A DNA stretch of 64,000 nt, taken from NCBI RefSeq assembly GCF_009914755.1, contig NC_060930.1; one strand, written 5' to 3'. Each line of letters opens with the position of its first letter. Position 1 is the stretch's first letter. Shown piece after piece: positions 62,886 through 64,000 of this stretch. The stretch comes from the human T2T-CHM13v2.0 reference genome, Homo sapiens. The notes beneath the pieces were generated by a model. That model was given only the letters and a program-made list of their open reading frames with translations. It did no database searches and was not told the DNA's origin. The position numbers were made by a program, and so were the translations under genes.

Positions 62886-63635
62886 TTAAAGAGTTGCTAG
62901 TTAATCTTGCTCATTTCTGAAGTGTTCCAGTCAACTGTTGCTGTGAAATAAGCCGCCCCCAGATTTAGTAGATTAAAACAACAATGGTTTATTATTTCTC
63001 ACAATTCTCATTTAGCCTATACATGCTAGATTGATGATTATTGCCATTATTTTTGTGATAGTTGTGAATTCCATGATAGTTTTTGAATTCCACGATTCCT
63101 TCTACATTTATTAGTTGGAATTCTGTGGTAAGGAATAACTCTTTCTTCTCTTTCACTCAGTCATATATTTAATTGTACATCAGCATGAACTCATAGATTC
63201 TTGTTGTATTCAGTAGGTTGTAACCCATTATTTATTTTATTATTCAAGTGATCTGACCATAATATTTTAAATTAAGAAAACACCCTCTCCACACATGCTC
63301 AGGTACCTGATGAGATCAGAACAAATTCTGCTACATGGATGGTATTCTCAATTCCATCCCCCAACACCCCCGTATTGCAATGTTTAAATGTTTCAGCCCA
63401 AATATTTCACAGGGTCTGCTTGCAGAGCCCCATGCTTCTCTTCAACAAATGTTTTTACAGGACAAAATTTGTCCAGTAAATTGTCTCTATTTATGGTTCC
63501 TTTGAAAGTTTTACCAAGTTTACTTGCTGAAATATCCTAGGGCTTTTCAATTTCACTTCAATTCAGTATAGAATATAATAAGTCTTTCCCATTAAAAGTA
63601 AGCTTAATGAACAGAAGTTTCTTCCTACAAGGTAA

Positions 63636-64000
63636 GATACTCCCAAAGTATAACTGGTGTATATCCAAAGATATGAAATCAGTATGTTGAAGAGATAGCT
63701 GCACCCCCACATCCACTGCAGCATTATTCCCAATATCTAAGATATGGAATCGATGTCAGTGTCCATCAATGGATAAATGGATAAAGAAAGTGTGGTATAT
63801 ATACGTAATGGAACACTATTCAGCCATTTTTTTTAACAAAAAAAATGTAAAAAGAAGGAGGTCTTGTCATTTTCAGTGACATGGATGAACTTGGAGGACA
63901 TTATGTTAAGTGAAATAAGCCAAGCACAGAAAAACAAATATTGCATGATCTCACTTATATGTGGAAGGTAAAAAAAGATGAACTCATAGAAACAAAGGGT
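63636..64000 (+). mobile_element. L1MA-type 3' fragment (runs off window)
   Basis: tgtccatcaatggataaatggataaagaaagtgtgg; gacattatgttaagtgaaataagcc. Confidence 0.85.

Overview
Human/great-ape genomic DNA dominated by interspersed repeats (roughly 45 Alu copies or fragments, several L1s, one SVA, MaLR/ERV LTRs, MER DNA transposons, MIR/L2). The only protein-coding sequence I can support is the 5' end of CD109 on the + strand: CpG-island promoter (~39.7-40.4 kb), coding exon 1 (40206-40279, signal peptide), exon 2 (41390-41562), then >22 kb of intron 2 running off the window. The first ~39 kb appear intergenic (from memory the neighbour upstream is SLC17A5, not visible here). Almost all ORFs in the track are Alu/L1/SVA/LTR or low-complexity artefacts. 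I see no new gene system. The best unexplained structure is DNA moved between places: (1) an SVA carrying a 239-bp GC-rich 5' transduction inside its TSDs; (2) an intronic L1PA with both a twin-priming inversion and a ~90-bp 3' transduction inside a 13-bp TSD; (3) a 195-bp, 97%-identical copy of nearby unique DNA patched into an old Alu tail; (4) a THE1 element without TSD sitting at a deletion in its host L1. Repeat subfamily names and boundaries are by eye and approximate unless a TSD is quoted.
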